This document shows positions 1-8,353 of a stretch of DNA of 23,159 nt, piece by piece (position 1 is the stretch's first letter; every line of letters starts with the position of its first letter). The notes under the pieces are model-generated. The model did no database searches. It was given only the letters and a program-made list of their open reading frames with translations, and was not told the origin of the DNA. Source of the DNA: Candidatus Ratteibacteria bacterium (GTDB lineage Bacteria; Ratteibacteria; UBA8468; B48-G9; DTJG01). The translations under genes were made by a program, and so were the position numbers. The DNA lies in NCBI GenBank assembly GCA_049971295.1, contig JBMFLH010000027.1:1-23159 (forward strand). Direction: 5' to 3'.

Positions 1-1548
1 ATCAGGGAAATATTTCGATAGTGTTTCTGAAACAACAATACCAAGTTTTTCTGGAATAAAGACTCTTTTTTCTTTTCTGACATATTTTCTTTTTATTAAT
101 GTACCAATCGTGGGAGCATATGTTGAAGGTCTGCCGATACCAAATTTTTCAAGTGTTTTAATCAAAGACGCTTCAGTGTATCTTGAGGGCGGATTTGTTT
201 TCTTTTCTTCTGCTTTAATGTCTTTTAGGTTAAGTACCGCTGTTTCGTTGATGTCATCAGGGATGTTTTCTTCGCCTTTATCGATTTTTATATTCCAGAG
301 TTTTGTAAATCCGTCAAAAACGATTTCTGATTTGAATGCTTCAAATTCATATTTCCCCGCATTTGCTTTTACAGTCATGGTTTTAACAACAGCAGGCTTC
401 ATCTGACTTGAGATAAATCTTTCCCAGATCATTTTATACAGTAAAAACTGATCTCTGGTTAGATATTTTTTCAGATTGTCTGGTGTAAAATTTATATGTG
501 TTGGTCTTATTGCTTCGTGGGCTTCCTGTGCACTTGAAACCCGTGCTACATAATAAGGAGGTTTGTCAGGTACATATTCACTACCAAATGTTTCTTGAAT
601 GAATTTTGCGGCCTGATGCTGTGCAATTTTTGATACAGAGGGAGAATCTGTTCTCATATAAGTAATTAATCCGATAGGTGTTTTCTTTTCAATCGGTATG
701 CCCTCATATAATTGTTGTGCGATAAGCATTGTTTTTGTAGATGCAAATCCTAATTTTGTCGATGCTTCCTGCTGAAGTGAACTGGTGATAAATGGAGGAT
801 AAGGACCTTTATTTTTTGTTACTATGGTGATATCAGAAACAACAATTTGTTGTAAATCTTTGATTTCCTTGATGTATTGTTCCACTTTTTCCTTATCCAC
901 GATGCCTGGCGCCTGAATTTTTTCATTGCTAACGGATGCCAGTTGCATTTGAAATAATTTCTCCCGATATTCCACAACGACTTTTATAATCCAGTAGGGC
1001 TGTGGAATAAAGTCCTGAATCTCTTTTTCTCTCGTTACAATTAATTGGAGTGCTACTGATTGTACTCTGCCTGCTGAAAGATTCTTTCCAAGCAGAGGGC
1101 TCAAAGTATAGCCAACAATTCTGTCAAGTATCCTTCTTGTTTGTTGTGCTGAAACAAGATTCATATCAATTTTTCTTGGTTTTTGGAAGGATTCAAGAAC
1201 TGCCGGTTTTGTAATTTCGTGGAATGCGACCCTTTCCACTTCCTCAATGCTTTTGTTAATAACACTTGCAGTATGCCACGCAATTGCCTCACCTTCTCTA
1301 TCTTCATCGGTTGCTATATATACTGTTTCAGAGTTTTCTGCAAGTTTTTTTAAATAAGACACAATCTTCTTTTTGCCGGGAAGTATTACGTATTCTGGAG
1401 TAAAACTTTCAACGTCAACTCCAAATGTATCTTCCGGAAGGTCCATAATATGTCCGAGAGTTGCTCTGACGACATAGTCAGAACCAAGTATATATCCAAT
1501 TGTCCGTGCTTTTGCCGGTGATTCCACAATCACGAGTTTTTTTGTCAT
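1..1548 (-). CDS. topA: DNA topoisomerase I (type IA), 3' end runs off the window
   Basis: Not in the ORF track. The reverse complement from ATG at 1548 (AAGGA RBS at 1556-1560) reads MTKKLVIVESPAKARTI, with TOPRIM ATDEDREGEAIAWH, SAGRVQS, catalytic GLITYMRTDS, AQEAHEAIRPT and GIGRPSTYAP. The frame continues to position 1 (...LSKYFPD). Confidence 0.97.
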   Translation of the reverse strand, partial: MTKKLVIVESPAKARTIGYILGSDYVVRATLGHIMDLPEDTFGVDVESFTPEYVILPGKKKIVSYLKKLAENSETVYIATDEDREGEAIAWHTASVINKSIEEVERVAFHEITKPAVLESFQKPRKIDMNLVSAQQTRRILDRIVGYTLSPLLGKNLSAGRVQSVALQLIVTREKEIQDFIPQPYWIIKVVVEYREKLFQMQLASVSNEKIQAPGIVDKEKVEQYIKEIKDLQQIVVSDITIVTKNKGPYPPFITSSLQQEASTKLGFASTKTMLIAQQLYEGIPIEKKTPIGLITYMRTDSPSVSKIAQHQAAKFIQETFGSEYVPDKPPYYVARVSSAQEAHEAIRPTHINFTPDNLKKYLTRDQFLLYKMIWERFISSQMKPAVVKTMTVKANAGKYEFEAFKSEIVFDGFTKLWNIKIDKGEENIPDDINETAVLNLKDIKAEEKKTNPPSRYTEASLIKTLEKFGIGRPSTYAPTIGTLIKRKYVRKEKRVFIPEKLGIVVSETLSKYFPD

Positions 1549-1564
1549 CTGCTCATCCTTTTAA

Positions 1565-1600
1565 TTGCATTATTATAATACTTTTGGTAAAATTATTAAA
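1565..1600. promoter_or_regulatory. Overlapping divergent sigma70-type promoters for argH (+) and topA (-)
   Basis: Plus strand: TTGCAT (1565-1570), 17 bp, TAAAAT (1588-1593) with a TG extended -10. Minus strand: TTTAAT (1600-1595), 17 bp, TATAAT (1577-1572). Confidence 0.55.
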
Positions 1601-1631
1601 TATGCGCATGGAAAACAGGTCCGGGAATAAT

Positions 1632-3008
1632 ATGAAATATATATGGAGCGGACGGTTAAAAAAAAATCTTCACCATCTTGTCAGGCAATTTACATTTTCT
1701 ATTGAAATTGACAGAAAGCTTGCATTGTTTGATGTCCTGGGCAGCATTGTTCACGTCGGGATGCTGGTAAAACAGAAAATTATACCCAGACAGGATGGCA
1801 GGAAATTAATTTCCGGATTAAAGAAAATACAAAATGAAATAAAGACCAATTCATTTGTTTTTATGCCTGATGACGAAGATATACATACCGCTGTCGAAAG
1901 AAGGCTTATTGAACTGATTGGTCCCTGTGCAGGTAAGCTTCATACGTCTCGGTCAAGGAATGATCAGATTGTTCTTGATGAAAAATTGTATCTGAAACAA
2001 GTAATTCCAGAGATGATAGACAGTATCGTATATTTTCAAAAAAGTTTAGTGGAAAAAGCAGAGGAATGTTTTGGAATATATATGCCTGAATTCACACATT
2101 TTCAACCAGCGCAACCAGTGTTATTTTCTCATCATCTTCTTGCGTATGTGGCAATGTGTGAAAGGGATAAAGAAAGATTTATCGATGCTTTGAAACGAAT
2201 AAATGTCTCTCCTCTTGGAGCATGCGCCTGCGTGGGAACATCTTTTAACATTGCTCCGGAATACGTCGCAAAAAAACTGAATTTTGAAAAAGTGTTCTCC
2301 AATAGTGTTGATGTTGTCAGCGACAGAGATTTTATTCTTGAGACAATTTCAACAATCGGAATATTGATGGTTCATCTTTCAAGAATATCAGAAGAGTTTA
2401 TTTTATGGCATTGTCCACTGATCGGATTTGTGGACCTGCCAGAAGAATTTTGTACTGGTTCCAGTATAATGCCGCAGAAAAAAAATCCCGATGTCCTTGA
2501 GTTGATCAGAGGTAAAACATCAACAGTGATTGGAAATTTAACGGGAATATTTACTTTGATAAAGGGGCTACCTCTTTCTTATAATAGAGACCTTCAGGAG
2601 GATAAAAGATTCTTGTTTGACAGCTGTGAAATTTCTGCTGTATCATTGGCAATTTTGGCTGAAATTGTAAAAAAGACCAGAATAAACTCAAACCGGATGA
2701 AACAGGCATGTAAAATTGGATATATTGAAGCAACGGATATTGCTGAGTACCTTGTAACCAGAGGACTGCCTTTCAGACAGGCACATCATCTTGTTGGAAA
2801 GATTGTTGGTATAGCCGTCGAAAAGAATTTACCAGTGTCGGAGATTGATGAGGAAACATTAAAGAAGATGGGCTGTGATGCAGAAACAATTCATTTCATT
2901 AAAACCCTTGATAGTCAGAAGTCCATTCATTTAAAAAAATCAAAAGGTGGCACAGGAATCACTCAGGTGAAACAGGAAATAAGAAAATGGAAAAGTATCT
3001 TGAAATGA
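1632..3008 (+). CDS. argH: Argininosuccinate lyase
   Basis: DEDIHT, SRSRNDQ, GSSIMPQKKNPD signature and YNRDLQEDK. Start moved from the track's TTG at 1500, which overlaps topA, to ATG 1632 (MKYIWSGR, matching the usual LWGGR N-terminus). Confidence 0.96.
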   Translation: MKYIWSGRLKKNLHHLVRQFTFSIEIDRKLALFDVLGSIVHVGMLVKQKIIPRQDGRKLISGLKKIQNEIKTNSFVFMPDDEDIHTAVERRLIELIGPCAGKLHTSRSRNDQIVLDEKLYLKQVIPEMIDSIVYFQKSLVEKAEECFGIYMPEFTHFQPAQPVLFSHHLLAYVAMCERDKERFIDALKRINVSPLGACACVGTSFNIAPEYVAKKLNFEKVFSNSVDVVSDRDFILETISTIGILMVHLSRISEEFILWHCPLIGFVDLPEEFCTGSSIMPQKKNPDVLELIRGKTSTVIGNLTGIFTLIKGLPLSYNRDLQEDKRFLFDSCEISAVSLAILAEIVKKTRINSNRMKQACKIGYIEATDIAEYLVTRGLPFRQAHHLVGKIVGIAVEKNLPVSEIDEETLKKMGCDAETIHFIKTLDSQKSIHLKKSKGGTGITQVKQEIRKWKSILK

Positions 3009-4252
3009 TATCAGGCGGACTTTACAAATTTGTAAATGGTAGATTGATGATTGAAAGCGTTTATGCTGATGAAATATGTAAACAGTTTGGAACACCGGTT
3101 TATGTTTACAGCGCAAATTACATAAAAAATCAGATTCGAAAATTGCGGGTTTCATTCGAAAAAGCTCATCCGCTTGTCTGTTATTCAATGAAGGCAAATG
3201 GTAATATGAAAATTCTGGAACTTATAAAGAAACAGGGTTGCGGACTTGACATTGTTTCGGGCGGAGAACTGGTTAAGGCAATCAAACAGGGTTTTTCGCC
3301 AAAAAAAATTGTATTTGCAGGCGTGGGGAAAACAGAACAGGAGATTGCTGCTGGCTTGAAATATGGGATATATCTTTTTACTGTTGAAAGTGTAGAGGAA
3401 TTGAAAACGGTTGATAAAATTGCTGAGAAACTTAAAAAAACGGCGAATATCACCTTGAGAATTAATCTGGATGTGGATGTTGACACCCATCATTATACTA
3501 AAACAGGAAGGATAGAAACCAAGTTTGGAATGCCTGAGGAGCAGGTGAGGTCTATTCTTGTCAGCAGGAACAGTTTGAAACATATAAGGATTAAAGGGCT
3601 TCAGTTCCATCTTGGGTCCAACATAAAAAATTCTGCTCCATATCTAAGTGCATTGGAAAAACTAAAAAATTTTTTAAAACAGACCGATTTTCGTCCTTCA
3701 GTAATAGATATTGGCGGAGGATTTGGTATTCTGTATAAAAATGAAGAGATTGAATCAATCGAACAGTTTGGCAGTAAAATTTCTGATTACTTCGTCAAAC
3801 ATTTTCCTGACACCTTAATGATTATGGAACCAGGTCGGTTTATTGTAGGAAATGCAGGTATTCTCCTAACAAAAATCATATACAGGAAGCAAACCAATGT
3901 CAAAAACTTTTTAATAGTTGATGCGGGTATGAATGATTTGATAAGACCTGCATTGTATAACAGTTACCATGAAATTTTGCCTATTTTGAAAAAAGATGGG
4001 AGACGTTTAAAATTTGATGTTGTGGGACCTGTTTGTGAAACAGGAGATTTTCTGGGCAAAGAAAGAATGTTTCCTGAAATAATTGATTCTGGTGATTATC
4101 TTGCTGTAATGGGCTCGGGTGCGTATGGATTTTCAATGAGCTCGAACTATAACGGAAGATTGCGAGCTGCTGAAGTGATGATTTCTGGCAGATGTGTGAT
4201 TTGTTGTCGTAAACGTGAAAAAATGTCTGATTTGTGGAAATATGACTGTTAA
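3005..4252 (+). CDS. lysA: Diaminopimelate decarboxylase
   Basis: FGTPVYVYS, PLP lysine motif YSMKAN, KFG, HLGS, DIGGG, EPGR, CETGD and GAYGFSMSSNYN. ATG 3005 forms an ATGA overlap with the argH stop; 2987 is an alternative start. Confidence 0.95.
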   Translation: MISGGLYKFVNGRLMIESVYADEICKQFGTPVYVYSANYIKNQIRKLRVSFEKAHPLVCYSMKANGNMKILELIKKQGCGLDIVSGGELVKAIKQGFSPKKIVFAGVGKTEQEIAAGLKYGIYLFTVESVEELKTVDKIAEKLKKTANITLRINLDVDVDTHHYTKTGRIETKFGMPEEQVRSILVSRNSLKHIRIKGLQFHLGSNIKNSAPYLSALEKLKNFLKQTDFRPSVIDIGGGFGILYKNEEIESIEQFGSKISDYFVKHFPDTLMIMEPGRFIVGNAGILLTKIIYRKQTNVKNFLIVDAGMNDLIRPALYNSYHEILPILKKDGRRLKFDVVGPVCETGDFLGKERMFPEIIDSGDYLAVMGSGAYGFSMSSNYNGRLRAAEVMISGRCVICCRKREKMSDLWKYDC

Positions 4253-4255
4253 CTG

Positions 4256-4609
4256 CTACTTTTTAATTTTCTCTTTCAATCTCTCTAAAAGAGTCTGTTC
4301 ATCAGGAATATTTTTCAAATTTATTTGAGTTTCTCTGAAGGCATCAATACATGCTCGTATGATTGAATTTTTTGTAATTCTTTCTTTTTTATAGGAAGAG
4401 TCTCTATTTTTCAAAATTTCTCTCTGAAGTCTATCAAGAAATTCAAGATGATGCTGTGAAAATGGAACCGTCAATCTTATTTCAAATGTTTGAAATTTCG
4501 GGATATGCGTCCGGATTGTTTCCCCATCCTCATCTTTTTTTCTTTGTTCTTTTGGTACCGTTGATGTAATCCAGCTCAGTGGATCTCTTCCCAGTCCGCT
4601 CTTTTTCAT
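4256..4609 (-). CDS. ParA partner protein with a ParB-like N-terminal peptide and a predicted ribbon-helix-helix domain
   Basis: 117 aa, strong GGAGG RBS inside the parA 3' end. Begins MKKSGLGRDPL. IRLTVPF / SQHHLEFLDRLQREIL / ITKNSIIRACIDAF gives a strand-helix-helix pattern. The CDS is well supported; the function is inferred. Confidence 0.7.
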   Translation of the reverse strand: MKKSGLGRDPLSWITSTVPKEQRKKDEDGETIRTHIPKFQTFEIRLTVPFSQHHLEFLDRLQREILKNRDSSYKKERITKNSIIRACIDAFRETQINLKNIPDEQTLLERLKEKIKK

Positions 4610-5369
4610 ATGTACCTCCTGTCAAAATTTCTTTTGCAAGCTTTTTATAGTCCTCTGCGCCGTGCGAATCAGGCGCAAACTCGAAAATTGTCTGTCCAAA
4701 TCCTGGAGCTTCTGCCAGCTTAACATTTTCTCTTATTTTCGTTTTAAAAACTTTTGCACCAAAATGTTCTTTAACCTTTTCCGCCACCTCTTTGCAAATA
4801 TTTTTTCTTTTGTCAAACATCGTAATCAAAACACCAGAAATGTGTGTCGATGGATTAATTCTTTCGGTTACCAGTTGCACGGTCTGGATGAGTTTTGTGA
4901 GTCCTTCGAGGGCAAAAAATTCTGCCTGTATTGGAATGATAATCTCTGAAGCAGTTGTCAGGGCGTTAAGGGTTAAAAGTCCTAAAGAAGGAGGGCAATC
5001 TATAAAAAGATAATCATAATGATTTCCAGTTTTTTTCAGTGCCTCTCTCAAAACAATTTCCCTTCCAATGGTGTTGACCATCTCTATTTCAGCGCTTGCC
5101 AGTTCAATTTTTGCAGGAAGCAGGAAAAGATTTTTAACATGTGTTTCAATTATAATTTCAGCTGGACTCACTTCATTGACAAGAACATCGTAGACAGATT
5201 TTTCAAGTTTGAACGGCTCGAAGCCAAGATGGATTGTTGAATGTGCCTGTGGATCAAGATCGATTAAAAGAACCTTGAATCCTTTTTCCGCCACAGCAGC
5301 ACCAAGATTAACGACCGTGGTGGTTTTACCTGAACCACCTTTTTGATTTATAATGGCAATTTTTCTCAC
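4530..5369 (-). CDS. parA: ParA/Soj-family ATPase
   Basis: Deviant Walker A NQKGGSGKTTT, DLDPQ, Walker B IDCPPSLG, EFFALEG and NVKLAEAP. Likely start GTG 5369 with AGGA 6 nt upstream; ATG 5390 is the alternative. Confidence 0.93.
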   Translation of the reverse strand: MRKIAIINQKGGSGKTTTVVNLGAAVAEKGFKVLLIDLDPQAHSTIHLGFEPFKLEKSVYDVLVNEVSPAEIIIETHVKNLFLLPAKIELASAEIEMVNTIGREIVLREALKKTGNHYDYLFIDCPPSLGLLTLNALTTASEIIIPIQAEFFALEGLTKLIQTVQLVTERINPSTHISGVLITMFDKRKNICKEVAEKVKEHFGAKVFKTKIRENVKLAEAPGFGQTIFEFAPDSHGAEDYKKLAKEILTGGTYEKERTGKRSTELDYINGTKRTKKKR

Positions 5370-5408
5370 ATTGTATCCTATGAAGTTCATAACTTTTGAT
5401 TTTAATAA

Positions 5409-5436
5409 ATTATAGAATGTTATAAAACTTTGTCAA
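5409..5436 (-). promoter_or_regulatory. Consensus sigma70 promoter for the parA operon
   Basis: Minus strand TTGACA (5436-5431), 16 bp, TATAAT (5414-5409). Confidence 0.75.
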
Positions 5437-5503
5437 GTCCTGGTATTTTATTTTCGAAGCAAAGTTGTTTTCTTCTCAATGTATACTTCTTGCATTTCTG
5501 GGA

Positions 5504-5532
5504 TTGCTTATCCGGAAAATAGGATGTAAAAT
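5504..5532 (+). promoter_or_regulatory. Sigma70 promoter for aroE, possibly giving a leaderless mRNA
   Basis: TTGCTT (5504-5509), 17 bp, TAAAAT (5527-5532). The expected +1 falls at about 5539, the A of the aroE ATG. Confidence 0.5.
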
Positions 5533-5538
5533 TTATGT

Positions 5539-6417
5539 ATGATAATTACAGGGGAAACTATTATTACTGGTGTTTTTGGATATCCTGTACGGCATTCTCT
5601 ATCGCCAGTTTTTCAAAATGCCGCCTTTCGATATACCGAGCTTAACTGGGTTTATGTCCCATTTGAGGTTCGTCCGGAACATTTGAAACAGGCGGTCGAA
5701 TCCATCAGAATCTTTTCAATCAAAGGGGTCAACATTACCATTCCGCATAAAAAAGAAATTGTTAAATGCCTTGATTTTCTTGATGATGAGGTGAAAATAT
5801 TAGGCGTATCCAATACTATAGTAAATGAGAACGGGTTTTTAAAGGGTTATACAACCGATGGACCAGGATTTTTGCGTTCTTTGAAAGAGGACGGAGAATT
5901 TTTCCCTGAAAAGAAGGCAGTTTTTCTATTTGGTGCAGGTGGGTCAACTTTTGCCATCGCTGGTGCTCTTGTTAGAACAGGAATTTCAGAGCTAAAAATC
6001 TGCAACCGTACGATTGAAAAAGCTGTGATTTTGAAGGAGCATATTAAAAGTTGTTTCAATTTTGAAAATGTTGAAATAGTGCCATTTGACAAAAGAAACG
6101 ATTCAGGCATCTGGAAGAATATAGACCTTATTGTGAATACAACTTCTGTTGGAATGAAAGATGACGAGGTTGTACTGGTGGATGAAAAGAATTTGAAAGA
6201 GAATATGTTTATCTATGATATTGTCTATAACAGAGAAACAGCATTGATTAAGAGCGCAAAGAAAAAAAACATTAGATGTCTTGATGGTCTGTCCATGCTT
6301 GTTTTTCAGGGCGCAGTTTCTTTTACACTTTGGACGGGTCTGGATGCGCCGATCAGCATCATGAAAGAATCTTTGGTGTCATATAGAAAGATTTTTACTG
6401 CAGGGGAATCACAATGA
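5539..6417 (+). CDS. aroE: Shikimate dehydrogenase
   Basis: GYPVRHSLSP, GVNITIPHK, GYTTDG, GAGGS, NRT, NTTSVGM, DIVY and DGLSMLVFQGA. Confidence 0.95.
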   Translation: MIITGETIITGVFGYPVRHSLSPVFQNAAFRYTELNWVYVPFEVRPEHLKQAVESIRIFSIKGVNITIPHKKEIVKCLDFLDDEVKILGVSNTIVNENGFLKGYTTDGPGFLRSLKEDGEFFPEKKAVFLFGAGGSTFAIAGALVRTGISELKICNRTIEKAVILKEHIKSCFNFENVEIVPFDKRNDSGIWKNIDLIVNTTSVGMKDDEVVLVDEKNLKENMFIYDIVYNRETALIKSAKKKNIRCLDGLSMLVFQGAVSFTLWTGLDAPISIMKESLVSYRKIFTAGESQ

Positions 6418-6917
6418 AAATCGTACTTGCTGGTTTCAATGGAACGTGGAGAAAAGAAGCAGGGCATATACTTTCTATGAGGTTAGGTCGAGAATTTTTT
6501 GACATAGAGCAAATAATAGAACAAAAAGAAAACGATAGAATTGCTCATATTTCACAAATCAAAGGGTCTGCCTATGTACGAGACCTTGAAAATTCAATAA
6601 TAAAAAAAATTTCAAGCTTTGATAACTGCGTGATTTCTGTGGGACCTGATGCTATGGCTAATCAGAAAAGTCGTTTATTCCTTAAATCTAATGGTATCAT
6701 AATTTGGTTTACAGCAGAACCCTCTGTGATATTGCTTCGTCTTCATCCTGGGAAGGACAGCAAAACTTTATTGAAAAGACAGAATGCGATTTCTCACATT
6801 CGACAGATATTAAAAGAACATGATTATTCATGCTTTGCTGACAAGGTCCTTGATACTTCATTCCTTACCCCTGAAGAATCCGCAGATAAAGTTCAGCAGA
6901 TGTTGGCATGCTTTTAA
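6414..6917 (+). CDS. Shikimate kinase (AroK)-like protein with degenerate catalytic motifs
   Basis: 167 aa and collinear with AroK (IVLAGF.G, FFD, RDLE, VIS.G, ADKVLDT...PEE), ATGA-coupled to aroE. The P-loop reads GFNGTWRK instead of GxxGxGK[ST]. Confidence 0.8.
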   Translation: MKIVLAGFNGTWRKEAGHILSMRLGREFFDIEQIIEQKENDRIAHISQIKGSAYVRDLENSIIKKISSFDNCVISVGPDAMANQKSRLFLKSNGIIIWFTAEPSVILLRLHPGKDSKTLLKRQNAISHIRQILKEHDYSCFADKVLDTSFLTPEESADKVQQMLACF

Positions 6918-6960
6918 CATCGGTAGGTGAGCGTATCTCGCAATAAAGATATTTTAAATA

Positions 6961-8244
6961 TTATTCGGTTTCTTCTAATTCTATGCTTGCTCCAAGATTT
7001 TTCATTATGGAGAAAAATTCAGGGAAAGTGATTGAAACACATTCAGCATTACTCACTATTGTTTCTCCTTCTGCAATAAGCCCTGCAAGAGTCAGAGCCA
7101 TAACAACCCTGTGGTCCTTATGTCCATTAACAAATGTCCCCTTAAGCATGCTTTTATTTATAATAAGTCCGTCTTCAATTTCCTGAATGTTTGCGCCCAT
7201 TTTCGATAGTTCCTGTGCCATGACCTTTATTCTATCTGTTTCTTTGATTCGTGCCTGTGGAACATTGTAGAGCTTTGTAGTTCCTTCAGCAACGCAACCG
7301 AGTACAGCAAGCGCTGGCAGGGCATCAGGTGTGGAATTCAAGTCAATTTCTATTCCTTTCAGATCAGCTTTTTTAATCAAAATACCTTTTTCTGTGATTG
7401 TAATGGAAGCACCAGCGTTTCGTAGGTATTCAAGAACTTTTTTATCTCCTTGTACATCATTTAAATCAAGCCCTTTTATTAAAATTTCTGAATCCATCAT
7501 AGCCCCTGCAACAAGTGGAAATGTTGCTGAGCTCCAATCGCCTGGAATTTCTTTTTCAAACGGATGATACCTCTGGTTTCCAGAAATGTAAAAATATGTT
7601 AAGTCCTTTGTTTTATTATAAAGTATTTTCTGTTCATCCAGCCACATAAGGGTCATTCTGACATATGGTTCTTCACAAAGATTGATTACAGTAATTTCTG
7701 TGTCATCTGGAGCTAATGGTGTTGAAATAAGCAGAGATGATACAAATTGAGAATTTATTCCTGAAACAGTTGTTTTTCCGCCAGACAGCGGACCTTTTAC
7801 CTTCACAGGTGGTTTACCGTTATTATTGATTGATATCGCATATGCACCCAGATTTCTTAATGCAACAAGTAATGGTTCAACAGGTCTGCTTCTTAATGAT
7901 TCATCACCATCAAGAGTTACTTCAAAGTTACCAAGACAGCTTACCCCGCATATCAGATTAAAAGAAGTTCCTGAATTTTGAAGATCTAAAGTTTTCTGCG
8001 GATTTTTTGGATATTTATCAAAACCAATGACTGTCCAGCAATTTTTTTCTTTGTAAATCTCTGCTCCAAGATTTCTACACGCATTAACGGCTGCCATGGT
8101 ATCCAAAGAGTCAAGAGGATTGATAATTTTTGACTCTCCCCCGGCAAGAGATGCTATGACTACTGCTCTGATTGTGTGGGATTTGCTTGCAGGGATTGTT
8201 GCTGTGCCGTTCAATCTTTGAGTTTTCTTAATTTTGAGATTCAT
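6961..8244 (-). CDS. aroA: 3-phosphoshikimate 1-carboxyvinyltransferase (EPSP synthase)
   Basis: PASKSHTIRA, NSGT, SQF, RIKETDR and DHR. The plus strand has CAT at 8242-8244 and TTA at 6961-6963, so the gene is on the minus strand; the track's + label is wrong. Confidence 0.96.
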   Translation of the reverse strand: MNLKIKKTQRLNGTATIPASKSHTIRAVVIASLAGGESKIINPLDSLDTMAAVNACRNLGAEIYKEKNCWTVIGFDKYPKNPQKTLDLQNSGTSFNLICGVSCLGNFEVTLDGDESLRSRPVEPLLVALRNLGAYAISINNNGKPPVKVKGPLSGGKTTVSGINSQFVSSLLISTPLAPDDTEITVINLCEEPYVRMTLMWLDEQKILYNKTKDLTYFYISGNQRYHPFEKEIPGDWSSATFPLVAGAMMDSEILIKGLDLNDVQGDKKVLEYLRNAGASITITEKGILIKKADLKGIEIDLNSTPDALPALAVLGCVAEGTTKLYNVPQARIKETDRIKVMAQELSKMGANIQEIEDGLIINKSMLKGTFVNGHKDHRVVMALTLAGLIAEGETIVSNAECVSITFPEFFSIMKNLGASIELEETE

Positions 8245-8264
8245 TTTTAAAAACCTTTTTGTAA

Positions 8265-8323
8265 ATTATACCACTTTTTTCAGCTGATACAACAATGTGA
8301 CACTGTGAAAATCATGTTATAAT
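8265..8323. promoter_or_regulatory. Divergent extended -10 promoters for aroA (-) and aroB (+)
   Basis: Minus strand TGgTATAAT (8273-8265) with TTGTAT 16 bp upstream. Plus strand TGtTATAAT (8315-8323). Confidence 0.6.
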
Positions 8324-8353
8324 AAATTAAAAAACGTGCGAAGGATGAAATAA

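Noticed and set aside
1563..1580. Possible ARG box upstream of argH (TGCAT-TATT-ATAAT)
   Set aside because: Only one half-site fits, there is no tandem second box, and the sequence is explained by promoter elements.
1500..1631. 44-residue N-terminal extension of ArgH from TTG 1500
   Set aside because: It overlaps the topA start and the promoter region, and ArgH similarity begins at ATG 1632.
6961..8244. ORF track assignment of the 427-aa EPSP synthase to the + strand
   Set aside because: The plus strand begins TTATTCGG and ends TCAT; the listed protein is only obtained from the reverse complement.
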